A stretch of DNA of 64,000 nt from an uncultured Chloroflexia bacterium (GCA_963704115.1 CAVPGY010000001.1:331062-395061), one strand, 5' to 3'; shown: positions 26,161 to 35,372, counted from the first letter of the stretch. Notes: generated by a model from the sequence alone, not told the origin. Program-made: numbers and translations.

Positions 26161-28431
26161 ATGCCGCACATTGCATCCGAGCCCCACGTCCACGAGCCCC
26201 AGCAGGGCGCTCCGCGCGGACAGGTCCTCGTCATCTTCGCCTTCATGCTCACGATCCTGATCGGCATGTCGGCCTTCGTGGTCGACCTGGCCTGGATCTG
26301 GACGAATCAGCTGCAGGCGCAGCGAGCGGCCGACGCCGGCGCCCTCGCCGGCGTGGTGCACCTCCCGGCAGACCCGATCGGGGCCGAGGCCGCCGCCAAG
26401 GCGGAGACGCGCAAGAACGGCTACGAGCACCTGGTGAATGCCGATGTCGTCGCCGGCGCCGACCCGAACTTCAGCCGCCGGATGATCGTGACCGTCTCCG
26501 CGGAGGTGGACACGTTCTTCATGGGGCTCTTCGGGTTCAGCGAGGTGACCGTCAACCGGACCGCGCGCTCGGAGTACATCCTCCCCGTCCCGATGGGCAG
26601 CCCGCAGAACTACCTCGGCGTCGGGCGGCTGGTCTCGACCGTGATGGGCGCCACCGTGGCGGACAGCTGGCGCACCGCCGATTCCACCGGCAGCCCGAGC
26701 AGCTGGACGAATGACACCGCGGCCCGGGTCGAAAGCTCCGACAACCAGCGCACCACGCACGGCGGGAACAGCCAGGCAGCCTGGCGCGATTTCGACGTCG
26801 ATATTCCCAACGATGCGGAGGTCATGGGGATCGAGGTCGAGATCGAAGCGCGGAAGTCCGGCACTGGGAACTGTCGAGTCGGTGTCGAGCTCTCTCCGCG
26901 GGCTGACAACAACACGCAGTGGACCTCGACCGGCTTCACCGTGCCCCAGTCAAGCAACCTCACCACCAGCGACACCACCTACACGCGCGGCGGGTCCACC
27001 GAACTGTGGGGCCGCACCTGGACGGAGGACGAGGTCACGAACAGCGACTTCGGCATCCGGCTGAGCCGGACGAACGTCTCCGGCACGTGCACGGTCGAGG
27101 TCGATCGGATTCGGATCCGGGTCTTCTACGCGGAGGAGTCGGTCGGAGAGGTCCCCGTGACGAGCCCTTATGGCCAAACCCTCGTTCCACAGAACTTCTG
27201 GGCCGGCCTTCAAAGCCAGGGCGCTCCGTCCGTGCAGGGTGACGCCTTCATGACCAAGTACACGACTCGCACGTCGAGCGTGAACCCGAACTACTGCCCG
27301 TACCATCTCTACTGCGCCAGCAACTCGGAAGGGTTCTACAACTACGCCATCGAGCTGCCGAATGGTGGCGAGGTCTGGGTCTTCGACCCGGGCTTCTGCG
27401 ACGTCAGCTCGAGCCGGGGAACCGCCGAGTACTGGACGGTCGGCGGGAGCAACGGCAACGACACCACCGAGACCGTCAGCGCCTTCTATCGGCTCTACAA
27501 CACCAGTGACAGCGCCTGGGACTTCTCGGATGACGTGCGGGTCGATGGCCAGGCGGGGTCCCCGGCCCCCGGTGGCGACTCGCAGCCGAACACGTTCCGG
27601 CGCGGGTCCAACAACAACGGGGCGAAGTACTACGACAGCTCGCTGCGCGGCACGCCGAGCGGCGGCGGGTACACCGACTGCGACGGCCTGTCCTGGCACA
27701 ACAACTGGTGGAGGATCGGGACGAACCTGCCAGCGGGCACGTACCGTCTGCATACCACCTCCCATGATCGGATCCTGGTCAACGACCAGAACGACACCAC
27801 GGCCCTCAACGCGTTCGCCATCTGGGCATCGACCACCGGCGGCTCGAGCGTGAGCAACGTCCGCGTGTATGGTCTCGGCGCCATGGAAGCCTACTTCCCG
27901 CTCCCCGCCGGCGAGGTCTCCCAGTTCTACCTGGCGCAGATCGAAGCCATCCATGCCAACAAGTGGGTGGACATCTCGCTCTGGGACGTGGGCGACACGG
28001 GCGGCCTGTCGGCGAACCTCTCGATCATGATGCCCCAGACGCCGGGCGCCTCGACCTGCGGCAACCCGTCGTACTGCCCGGTTCCGTTCCACTACAACGC
28101 GGTGTCGGGCACGACCCTCCCCACGGACTTCACCTGTGGCCCGAGCACATCGAGTGCGGTCACGTCGATCCAGACGAGCACGGGCAGCGGCGCCTTCTAC
28201 AACGGTGAGTGGCTGCGGCTCTGCTTCCAGCTGCCGCAGAACTGGTCGGCACCGATCCCGACGCCGGACGGCCTGACCCCGACGGGCGGCCAGGGAGGCG
28301 GGTGGTTCCGCATTCAGTACTCGATGGGCGGCGGCTCAAATCCGGCGACCGACCTCACCACCTGGAAGGTCGAGGTCCGTGGCAATCCGGTCCACCTGAT
28401 CACCCCGAGTGAAGACACTCCCACCCCGTAG
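26161..28431 (+). CDS. tadG: TadG-like protein with large uncharacterised C-terminal region
   Basis: ATG at 26161 (MPHIASEP). It has the TadE/G-like hydrophobic segment GQVLVIFAFMLTILIGMSAFVVDLAWIW and AQRAADAGALAG. The remaining ~550 aa are Ser/Thr/Trp/Tyr/Cys-rich with no motif I recognise. Confidence 0.75.
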   Translation: MPHIASEPHVHEPQQGAPRGQVLVIFAFMLTILIGMSAFVVDLAWIWTNQLQAQRAADAGALAGVVHLPADPIGAEAAAKAETRKNGYEHLVNADVVAGADPNFSRRMIVTVSAEVDTFFMGLFGFSEVTVNRTARSEYILPVPMGSPQNYLGVGRLVSTVMGATVADSWRTADSTGSPSSWTNDTAARVESSDNQRTTHGGNSQAAWRDFDVDIPNDAEVMGIEVEIEARKSGTGNCRVGVELSPRADNNTQWTSTGFTVPQSSNLTTSDTTYTRGGSTELWGRTWTEDEVTNSDFGIRLSRTNVSGTCTVEVDRIRIRVFYAEESVGEVPVTSPYGQTLVPQNFWAGLQSQGAPSVQGDAFMTKYTTRTSSVNPNYCPYHLYCASNSEGFYNYAIELPNGGEVWVFDPGFCDVSSSRGTAEYWTVGGSNGNDTTETVSAFYRLYNTSDSAWDFSDDVRVDGQAGSPAPGGDSQPNTFRRGSNNNGAKYYDSSLRGTPSGGGYTDCDGLSWHNNWWRIGTNLPAGTYRLHTTSHDRILVNDQNDTTALNAFAIWASTTGGSSVSNVRVYGLGAMEAYFPLPAGEVSQFYLAQIEAIHANKWVDISLWDVGDTGGLSANLSIMMPQTPGASTCGNPSYCPVPFHYNAVSGTTLPTDFTCGPSTSSAVTSIQTSTGSGAFYNGEWLRLCFQLPQNWSAPIPTPDGLTPTGGQGGGWFRIQYSMGGGSNPATDLTTWKVEVRGNPVHLITPSEDTPTP

Positions 28432-28437
28432 CCCGGC

Positions 28438-28881
28438 ATGGCGCTTGGCACTGACGCACGCCCCGACGAGTACGTGGTGGGCGGAGACGGCGACGACCGG
28501 GTGACACGGCATGCCGGCGTGATCGTCCGCGACGCGACCCGTGGGACGGTGATCGCCGACCGCTGCCGCGTGGCCCGCTCCGTGCGCGATCGGATGGTGG
28601 GACTGCTCGGTACCGATCGGCTCGACGAAGGAGCCGGCCTCTGGATCGAGCGATCCCCATCGATCCACATGTTCTTCATGCGCTACGCGATCGATGCCGT
28701 GTTCGTCGACGGCGACGGACTGGTGACCCGGACCGTGTCGGACCTGCGGCCATGGCGGATGGTCATCCACGCGCGGGGCGGACGCGACTGCATCGAACTG
28801 CCTGTCGGCACCATCTCGCGCGCACAGGTGATGACCGGAGATCGGATCACGCGCGAACCGAGCGCGGTAATCGCGGCGTAA
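28438..28881 (+). CDS. DUF192 (COG1430) family protein
   Basis: 147-aa ORF starting 7 nt after tadG. Pattern ARSVRDRMVGLLG...GLWIERSPSIHMFFMRYAIDAVFVD is typical of DUF192. Confidence 0.65.
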   Translation: MALGTDARPDEYVVGGDGDDRVTRHAGVIVRDATRGTVIADRCRVARSVRDRMVGLLGTDRLDEGAGLWIERSPSIHMFFMRYAIDAVFVDGDGLVTRTVSDLRPWRMVIHARGGRDCIELPVGTISRAQVMTGDRITREPSAVIAA

Positions 28882-28915
28882 GCACCTGGCGCGGCTGAAT
28901 CGCGATCATGGGCGC

Positions 28916-29566
28916 ATGCGGCGTCTGCTGGACCTCATCCTTCCGCCCGCCTGCTGCGGATGCGGCAGCGCCGGCCTCCTGCTCTGCAGCCGGTGCACGG
29001 AGGAGCTCCGGACTCCGGCACCGGCAGGTGCAGCCTTCGTCGCCCCGGATCCGGGGGCGGTGCCGGGATCCGCGATCATGCTCGCGATATCCGCCTTCTC
29101 GTTCGAAGGGCCGGTGCGTCGCGCGCTGAGCCAGCTCAAGTACGGCGGCGTATCGTCCATTGCCGGGATGCTTGCCGATCGCGCGATGCCGGCCTACGAG
29201 CGGCTCGTGGAGATCGGCCGGCCCACCGCCATCGTCCCGGTCCCGCTGCATGACGAGCGGCAGCGGGAACGCGGGTACAACCAGGCCGCCCTCATCGGGG
29301 CGCGACTCGGGCGTCGCAGCTCGATCCCGGTGGTCGATGCGCTCGCGCGCACGAGCCGCACGGTGCGCCAGCATCGTCTCGACCGGGCGAGCCGCCTCCG
29401 GAACCTGCGGCACGCATTCTCCCCGCGAGGGACCCCCGTGCCCCGGATCGTGATCGTCGTCGACGACATCCTCACCACCTCGGCGACGCTCGAGGCCTGT
29501 GCCGAGGTCCTGCTCGCGAACGGCGCGGACACGGTGTATGGGTTCACGGTGGCGCGCGAAGTCTGA
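28916..29566 (+). CDS. comF: ComF-family phosphoribosyltransferase-domain protein
   Basis: N-terminal Cys cluster PPACCGCGS..LCSRC, RERGYNQAAL, and PRT motif IVIVVDDILTTSATL. Confidence 0.8.
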   Translation: MRRLLDLILPPACCGCGSAGLLLCSRCTEELRTPAPAGAAFVAPDPGAVPGSAIMLAISAFSFEGPVRRALSQLKYGGVSSIAGMLADRAMPAYERLVEIGRPTAIVPVPLHDERQRERGYNQAALIGARLGRRSSIPVVDALARTSRTVRQHRLDRASRLRNLRHAFSPRGTPVPRIVIVVDDILTTSATLEACAEVLLANGADTVYGFTVAREV

Positions 29567-29678
29567 GGCGACGAGGTCGAGCCTGATGGCCCGGCCCGAT
29601 CGGGCCGTGCGGCACCGGCCGGATGCGGGGGGAGTGCTACCGTAGCCGTCCATCCGTCGCACGTCGGGAGGAGTCCGA

Positions 29679-30266
29679 ATGAAGACGAACCTGACCGCCC
29701 GCAACGTTGAGCTGAGCTCCCGCCTCCGGACCCAGATCGAGCGCAAGCTCCGACGACTGGATCGGATCACTCATGATCTGGCGGAGGCCGATGTCGAGCT
29801 CATCGCGAATGCTTCGCACGCCAGCGACAGCTCCCAGGTCGCTGAAGTCACACTGCGGAACAACGGAGAGATCCTGCGCTCAACGGCCTCCGGGGCGACG
29901 CCGATCGCGGCGCTGGACGTGGTGCTCGACAAGCTGGAGCGGCAGGTCGTTCGCACGAAGGAGCGCCCGCGGAGCGTCAGGGAGCGCCGGCACGACGAAC
30001 CCGTCGATGCTCTGTCGCGCGAGGCGGCGAAGTCGGTCGATACGCCGTCGACGGCGACCGACCGTCCGTCGATCGTGAAGATGAAGCGGTTCGACATGCA
30101 GCCGATGTTCGAGGAGGACGCCATCGCGCAGATGGAGGAGTTGGGGCACGCGTTCTTCGTCTTCCTCGACGCCGAGAGCGAGCAGGTCGCCGTCGTCTAT
30201 CGGCGCGCCGATGGGAACTACGGCCTCATCCAGCCGATGGTCGACGGACGTCGCAAGGCGAGGTAG
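29679..30266 (+). CDS. hpf: Long-form ribosome hibernation promoting factor
   Basis: N-terminal sigma-54-modulation/RaiA fold (MKTNLTARNVELSSRLRTQIERKL). C-terminal dimerisation domain (IVKMKRFDMQPMFEEDAIAQMEELGHAFFVFLD..VVYRRADGNYGLIQP). Confidence 0.9.
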   Translation: MKTNLTARNVELSSRLRTQIERKLRRLDRITHDLAEADVELIANASHASDSSQVAEVTLRNNGEILRSTASGATPIAALDVVLDKLERQVVRTKERPRSVRERRHDEPVDALSREAAKSVDTPSTATDRPSIVKMKRFDMQPMFEEDAIAQMEELGHAFFVFLDAESEQVAVVYRRADGNYGLIQPMVDGRRKAR

Positions 30267-30299
30267 GGAGGCCCTACCTCGCCGTGCCAGGGAGGTGAT

Positions 30300-30330
30300 G
30301 CGTGGGGCCCTCTTCGTCGGGGCCCCACGC
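30300..30330. terminator. Bidirectional GC hairpin between the convergent hpf and surface-protein genes
   Basis: gcgtggggccc (30300-30310) pairs perfectly with gggccccacgc (30320-30330), with a 9-nt loop. A second 9-bp hairpin, gaggtaggg/ccctacctc (30260-30280), overlaps the hpf stop. No U-tract is present. Confidence 0.5.
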
Positions 30331-30333
30331 GAA

Positions 30334-33300
30334 TTACCGGCGGGTGCGGACCCGCACCCTCGTCAGGACCAGGCTGCCGAGCGATCCGGCGAACAGGGCG
30401 ACCACCAGCGTGATCGGCAGGTTCGGCGACCGATCGGTCGACGCAGCCCCGAGTGCCGTATCCGGCAGCCACGGGCTCGGTGTCGGGTTGCCGCCCAGTG
30501 GCGGCGGCTCGACCGCGATCGCCACCGCGTCCTCGCCCTGATCAGGATCGGTCTCGTCCGAGTCGATGACCGCCACGTTCACGGTGGGGGCTACCCGGGA
30601 GATCGTCTCAGGATCGACGGTCGTTCGGACCGTGACGCTCCCGCTCGACGTGAGGGTCGGGAAGGTCCAGGTCACGGTCCCAGCGTTCAGAACCCCCCCA
30701 TCGGATGCGTCGAGGAACACCAGGCCGGTCGGCAGCTCGTCGGTGATGACCGCGTTGGTCACCGGGCCGTCGGTCAGCGTCCAGCTGATCGTCCAGGTCA
30801 CGACTGACGGGGTTGCCACCAGGTCTACGTCCGGGCCGCTGATCGTGATCGTCTCGGTGTCGGCCACCTTGTCGATCACGAGCGTCGGCACGCGAACCAC
30901 GACGGTCGAGTCGTCCTCGCAGCTGGCCCCGACGCACGGGCCATCCGTGATCGTCACCAGGTTGGTGTACGACCCCGCGGCCGCTGACATATCGATCGTC
31001 GCACGATAGGTCAGCGTCTCGCCGTCGGCGGCGTCACCCAGGGTCCAGGTGATCCGATTGCTCGCGGCATCGTACGTGCCGCCATCCGAGATGTCGGTCA
31101 CGTTGCCGAAGCCGTCCGGCAGCTGGTCCACCAGGGTGACGCTTTCGACGGGTCCGTTGCTCACGCCGAGGGTGAGGGTGAAGTCGACGACGCTGCCCGG
31201 CACCACAGCGACGGGTGAGCTGTTCGTCTTCGACACGCTGACACGCTGAACGCGGGCGTTGGTCGTGTCGCACACCAGGTCGTCGTTCTGGTCGGCGTCC
31301 ACGCAGCCGAGGTTGGCCAGCGATCCACTCGCATCGGCATCCACGGTCGCGTCGTACTCGAACGTATGCGTCCCCTTGGCAAGCGTCCCGACCGTCCAGC
31401 TCAGCTCCTGCCCGTCGACCGAGAATCCGGCGGACGGATCGGCGCTGCCGTCCGTGTAGCTGAGACCCGCCGGAAGCTCGTCGGTCACGACGACGTTGGT
31501 CGCCTGGCCGGCATTCACGGTCACCTTGAGGGTGTAGTGGATCGCCTGACCGGGCTGGACCGGGGCGTTATCGCCCTGGTCGCTGACCTTGTCGATGCTC
31601 ACCGAGACGCGCGTGTTGGTGATGACGCACAGGACGTCCGCGCCCTGCGTCACGTTGACGCTCAGCGGGCCGACGCCGGCCGCCGAGGTGATGACCGATC
31701 CCTCGCCACCGTTGGCGAAGCACTGGATGGAGCTCGAGTAGTCACCGAGGCTCGTGCCACTGCCGGCCACCTCGCGCACGGTGTGGCTGCCGGTGTCGAG
31801 GACCAGCGTCCCGGTCGAGTCGCCGTCGCCGGCATCCTCGGCCCGGACCGAACCGTCGATCAGGAGATCGAACACGCCTGGATCGTTGCTCGGCGAAAGC
31901 TGCTTGACCACTTCGAGCGAGCCGGTCTGGCGCGTGTTGGTGATCGTGCAGGTGGCGCTGCCGCCGTTGGCGATCGTGCGCTGGCTGCAGTTCGCGTAGG
32001 TCGTGGTGTAGCCGGGGGCCGCGGTCTCGATGACCGAGTAGGAACCCGCCGGAACGGACATGCTGTTCGAGCAATCACCATCGAAGTCGATGGCGGCGCC
32101 GCCGTTGACACGGAAGCTGAAGTCATCGCAGGTGGCATCGCCGCCCCTGATGACCTTGTTCACGACGAGCGTTCCCGGCTGGTCGTCATTGCTGATGGTG
32201 CAGGTTGCGCTGCCGCCATTCGGGATCTGCAGCCCGCTGCAGTTGGCGTAGCCGGTGGTGAATCCGTCGGCACCGATCTCGACGACCGAGTAGGTCCCGG
32301 CATCGACGGTCAGGTCGTTCCTGCAGTCCTCGTCGAACTGGATGGCGCTCCCGCCGTTGACACGGAAGCTGAAGGCGTCGCAGGTCGCGCCGCTGCCATC
32401 GTCGGTGGTGAGGTCCTTGACGACGACCAGTGTGGCGGGCTGGTCGTTGTTCGTGACCGTGCAGGTGGCATTGCCGCCACTGCTCACGGCGAGCTGGCTG
32501 CAGGTCTCATACGATGTCGTGTAGCCCGCGACTGCCGGCTCGGTGACCGAGTAGGTCCCGGTCGGCAGCGTCAGGACGTTGGTGCAGTCCGTGCCATCGA
32601 AGGACATGGCGGCACTGCCGTTGACCTTGAAGCTGAAGTCGTCGCAGGTCGCCGTCCCGCCGTCGTCGTTGACGACCTCCTTGATGACCGTGAGCGTCCC
32701 GGTGTTGCGGGCGTTCGTGATCGTGCACTTGATGTCGGAGTCGGCCGCCACGTTCACCGACCAGGAAGCGCCCTGGCCCTGCGTCGCAGCAACCGCCGCG
32801 TTCTGCTTCGACTGGTCGACGCAGCTGATGCTGCTGGCGTAGTTCGACATCGTCGTCTCGCCGTCGGCGGTCTCAGCGACAGTGTGGAGCCCGGCGATCA
32901 GGGTCTGCTCGCCGGTGGTCCCATTGTGACCCGCCTCGTTCGCCAGCAGGTCCTGGTTGATCCAGAGGTCGAACCGGCCGGCGTCGTTCGTCGGATTGAG
33001 GTTCTTCACGACCTCGAGCTTCCCGGTCGGGCAGGCGAGCTCCTCGTAGATCTCGGCAAACAGGCCCGGGAGCCCCTGGCCGCTGACGACAGCGCGGAAC
33101 AGGCCCGGGGTGGCGATGGAGGTGAGGAGCGTGTGGTCGACGCCCGTTTCGCCACTCCCGAGGCCGCTGCCGCCGCTGTCGGGTCCAATGGCCACGGCGT
33201 AGACGCGATCCGCGGAGGCGAGATAGTTGGCCTTCTCGGTCGCGCTTGGCGTGTACGAGTCCGGGTCGGGGTTTCCGTCCGACAGCAGAATGATGACCTG

Positions 33301-33840
33301 CGTGACCTCCACGCCTGCATGCGTGGCGCGATCGCCGTTCGTCATGTTGGTGGCGCCGTTCGCCATCCCCACGTCGAGCGGCGTGCCACCGCCACCAGCG
33401 AGCCCGTTCACCGCTCCGGTCACCGTGGCGGCGTCGGAGGCGGCACTGAGCGCGACATCCGTGCTGGCCGAGCTGCCGGCGAAGCTGCTGAGACCAACGC
33501 GATGGATCCCGGCTGCCCCGACGCCACCGTGGCTGTTCAGCTCACCGACGAGTCCATTCGCAGCCTGCTTCGCCCAGGCAAGGCGAGTCTGTGCCCCCTC
33601 GAGTGCGTTCATGCTCCCGGACCGGTCCAGGATGAGGACGAGGTCGATGGGGCGGATGCCGCACTCGGCTGACTGGTGCGAGGCCGACGCCGGCGGTGCC
33701 GTCGTGAGCAGCGCGGCGGCAGCCAGCATGGCGGTCATGAGGAGCGCAAAGGCTCGATCACGGGCCACGCGGCGTTCTGGAGGATAGGTCGTCGTGATCG
33801 GTTCCATTCGACAGCTCCCCTGGTCCGGACTCGCATACAC
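30334..33840 (-). CDS. Large secreted surface protein: signal peptide, VWA domain, prealbumin-like (SpaA/Cna-B-type) repeats, DUF11 repeats, C-terminal sorting-signal-like anchor
   Basis: 1168-aa ORF (alternative ATG at 33807). Signal peptide is ALLMTAMLAAAALLTTAPPASA. VWA MIDAS motif is DLVLILDRSGSM. Three ~85-aa repeats carry ATCDDFSF(K/R)VNG..AGTYSV.E....G(Y/F)TT.Y..CS......GGSATCTI(T/S)N, flanked by two LEVVK..P.ND.G.FDL modules. DUF11-like repeats (VVVTDELPAGLSY, VITDELPTGLVF) follow. The tail is LPDTA...LPITLVVALFAGSLGSLVLTRVRVRTRR. Confidence 0.85.
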   Translation of the reverse strand: MYASPDQGSCRMEPITTTYPPERRVARDRAFALLMTAMLAAAALLTTAPPASASHQSAECGIRPIDLVLILDRSGSMNALEGAQTRLAWAKQAANGLVGELNSHGGVGAAGIHRVGLSSFAGSSASTDVALSAASDAATVTGAVNGLAGGGGTPLDVGMANGATNMTNGDRATHAGVEVTQVIILLSDGNPDPDSYTPSATEKANYLASADRVYAVAIGPDSGGSGLGSGETGVDHTLLTSIATPGLFRAVVSGQGLPGLFAEIYEELACPTGKLEVVKNLNPTNDAGRFDLWINQDLLANEAGHNGTTGEQTLIAGLHTVAETADGETTMSNYASSISCVDQSKQNAAVAATQGQGASWSVNVAADSDIKCTITNARNTGTLTVIKEVVNDDGGTATCDDFSFKVNGSAAMSFDGTDCTNVLTLPTGTYSVTEPAVAGYTTSYETCSQLAVSSGGNATCTVTNNDQPATLVVVKDLTTDDGSGATCDAFSFRVNGGSAIQFDEDCRNDLTVDAGTYSVVEIGADGFTTGYANCSGLQIPNGGSATCTISNDDQPGTLVVNKVIRGGDATCDDFSFRVNGGAAIDFDGDCSNSMSVPAGSYSVIETAAPGYTTTYANCSQRTIANGGSATCTITNTRQTGSLEVVKQLSPSNDPGVFDLLIDGSVRAEDAGDGDSTGTLVLDTGSHTVREVAGSGTSLGDYSSSIQCFANGGEGSVITSAAGVGPLSVNVTQGADVLCVITNTRVSVSIDKVSDQGDNAPVQPGQAIHYTLKVTVNAGQATNVVVTDELPAGLSYTDGSADPSAGFSVDGQELSWTVGTLAKGTHTFEYDATVDADASGSLANLGCVDADQNDDLVCDTTNARVQRVSVSKTNSSPVAVVPGSVVDFTLTLGVSNGPVESVTLVDQLPDGFGNVTDISDGGTYDAASNRITWTLGDAADGETLTYRATIDMSAAAGSYTNLVTITDGPCVGASCEDDSTVVVRVPTLVIDKVADTETITISGPDVDLVATPSVVTWTISWTLTDGPVTNAVITDELPTGLVFLDASDGGVLNAGTVTWTFPTLTSSGSVTVRTTVDPETISRVAPTVNVAVIDSDETDPDQGEDAVAIAVEPPPLGGNPTPSPWLPDTALGAASTDRSPNLPITLVVALFAGSLGSLVLTRVRVRTRR

Positions 33841-34192
33841 GAGCTCCGGGTATCGGATTCGACCGCGGATTCGCGGCCGTCACCGCCTTGTACGGCATCG
33901 GTACCAGGGCGCACAAGGACCTCTGGTTCCTCCGGCTAGGCACTCCGGAATGGGCTGGTGGAGTCCGGTGGGCTTCGTCCCAGTACGTCGGTCCCAATCA
34001 GCGTTGCGGGCGCGCAACAGCGCGGCGACCCGCGACGCGTGACCGCGTCATCAGCGCGGAGGCTCTCCACCGAGCGGATGACAAGCGCGAATCAGTGGGG
34101 GTGCTAGGGTTCGACCGATGCAGGGTCGGATCATCGCCGCGAGACCAGGGACGGCGAGCGGTTGAACCGGGACCAGCGGTCCACCGCGTCGA

Positions 34193-34345
34193 TCAGAAGG
34201 CAACAGGAACGAGCAGCAGTGCTCCGACGACCAGGATCAGCGCGACGAAGAACACGGCGAGTCCGATCGAGACGAGGTCCGGCCCTCCAGGCGAGGGTGT
34301 CTCGGGCGATCCGAGGTCGTTCTCGTCGCTGGTGGGCGGCTCCAT
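34193..34345 (-). CDS. Candidate 50-aa single-TM protein
   Basis: MEPPTSDENDLGSPETPSPGGPDLVSIGLAVFFVALILVVGALLLVPVAF. Third positions are mostly G/C. Its ATG shares the CATG with the annotated nfo ATG, so one of the two starts is probably wrong. Confidence 0.35.
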   Translation of the reverse strand: MEPPTSDENDLGSPETPSPGGPDLVSIGLAVFFVALILVVGALLLVPVAF

Positions 34346-35324
34346 GCCGGGCACCCTAGCACGGCAGGAACCGCGGCGACGGCTGCGCTGGCCCGATGAA
34401 GCGCCACGCGTCGGCCTCCACCTTGGGGTGGCGCGCGGGCTGCTCGGCGCGGCGCGCCGCTCGCGACAGATCGGGGCGCGGGCGCTCCAGATCTTCAGCG
34501 ACAACCCGACCGCCTGGCGGCGCCGTCCGGAGCCGCCCGCGGACGCCGACGCGTTCGTCGCCTACGCCGAACGCGAGGGCATCGAGACGATCTCGATCCA
34601 TGCCTCGTATCTCATCAACCTGGCCGGCTCCACCGAGCCGTTCGCGCGGCAGTCGCGCGAGGGGCTGATCGTCGAGATGCAGCGAGCTCCTGCCTACGGA
34701 GCGACGCTCGTGAACACGCACATCGGGTCGCACCGCGGCGTGGGGGCAGATGCGGGCCTGCGCCGGATTGTCGAGTCGGTGCGGGCGGTCCTGGCGGCCT
34801 CGCCGCCATCGGTCCGGCTGGTGCTCGAGAACTCATCGGGTGGCGGTGACCTTCTCGGATCGAGGATCGAGGAGCTGGCGCAGATCCTCGAGGCGGTGGG
34901 GCCGGGCGCCGACCGGCTGGCGTTCTGCCTCGACACCGCCCACCTTTGGGGCGCGGGATACGACATCGCCCGACGCGGTGGCGCAATGGGGGTGGTGAGC
35001 CGTTTCGACGAGCTCATTGGACTCGAGCGACTACCGCTGGTTCACCTGAACGACTCCCGATCGGTGCTCGGATCACGTACGGACCGGCACGAGCACGTCG
35101 GGGCCGGGCAGATCGGTGCGGAGGGACTCGGGGCTTTCCTGCGCGATCCTCGCCTGGCGAAGACCACGTTCATCCTGGAGACACCCGGCGCCGACGAGGG
35201 ATACGACGCGGTGAACCTTCGGCGAGCGTGGCTCCTCTGGCGCGGCGCCTCGGCGCTGCCGCCGCTGCCGCCCAAGGCGTTCAGGGTAACCCGTCGCTCG
35301 ACCCGCGCTGCCGCTCCGCGCTGA
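34344..35324 (+). CDS. nfo: Endonuclease IV (AP endonuclease, TIM-barrel)
   Basis: VGLHLG...ALQIFSDNPTAWRR..ISIHASYLINLAG..VNTHIGSH..LVLENSSGGG..CLDTAHLWGAGYD..VHLNDS..GSRTDRHEHVGAGQIG. The first ~22 codons from ATG 34344 have weaker G/C third-position bias. ATG 34396 in another frame would read MKR(P)RVGLH if one C is missing near 34404, so the 5' end is uncertain. Confidence 0.85.
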   Translation: MPGTLARQEPRRRLRWPDEAPRVGLHLGVARGLLGAARRSRQIGARALQIFSDNPTAWRRRPEPPADADAFVAYAEREGIETISIHASYLINLAGSTEPFARQSREGLIVEMQRAPAYGATLVNTHIGSHRGVGADAGLRRIVESVRAVLAASPPSVRLVLENSSGGGDLLGSRIEELAQILEAVGPGADRLAFCLDTAHLWGAGYDIARRGGAMGVVSRFDELIGLERLPLVHLNDSRSVLGSRTDRHEHVGAGQIGAEGLGAFLRDPRLAKTTFILETPGADEGYDAVNLRRAWLLWRGASALPPLPPKAFRVTRRSTRAAAPR

Positions 35325-35372
35325 GCGCTCTCGTCAAGTCGACGACCGAGCTCACCGATACGCGGCAGGCCC

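Noticed and set aside
31366-33672. 768-aa plus-strand ORF
   Set aside because: It is antisense to the VWA/prealbumin-repeat surface protein and has monotonous Gly/Arg/Val/Asp composition with no motifs.
34100-34125. tRNA-like T-loop (GGTTCGA), also seen at 16254 and 24898
   Set aside because: No flanking acceptor, D or anticodon stems could be drawn, so these are isolated heptamer matches.
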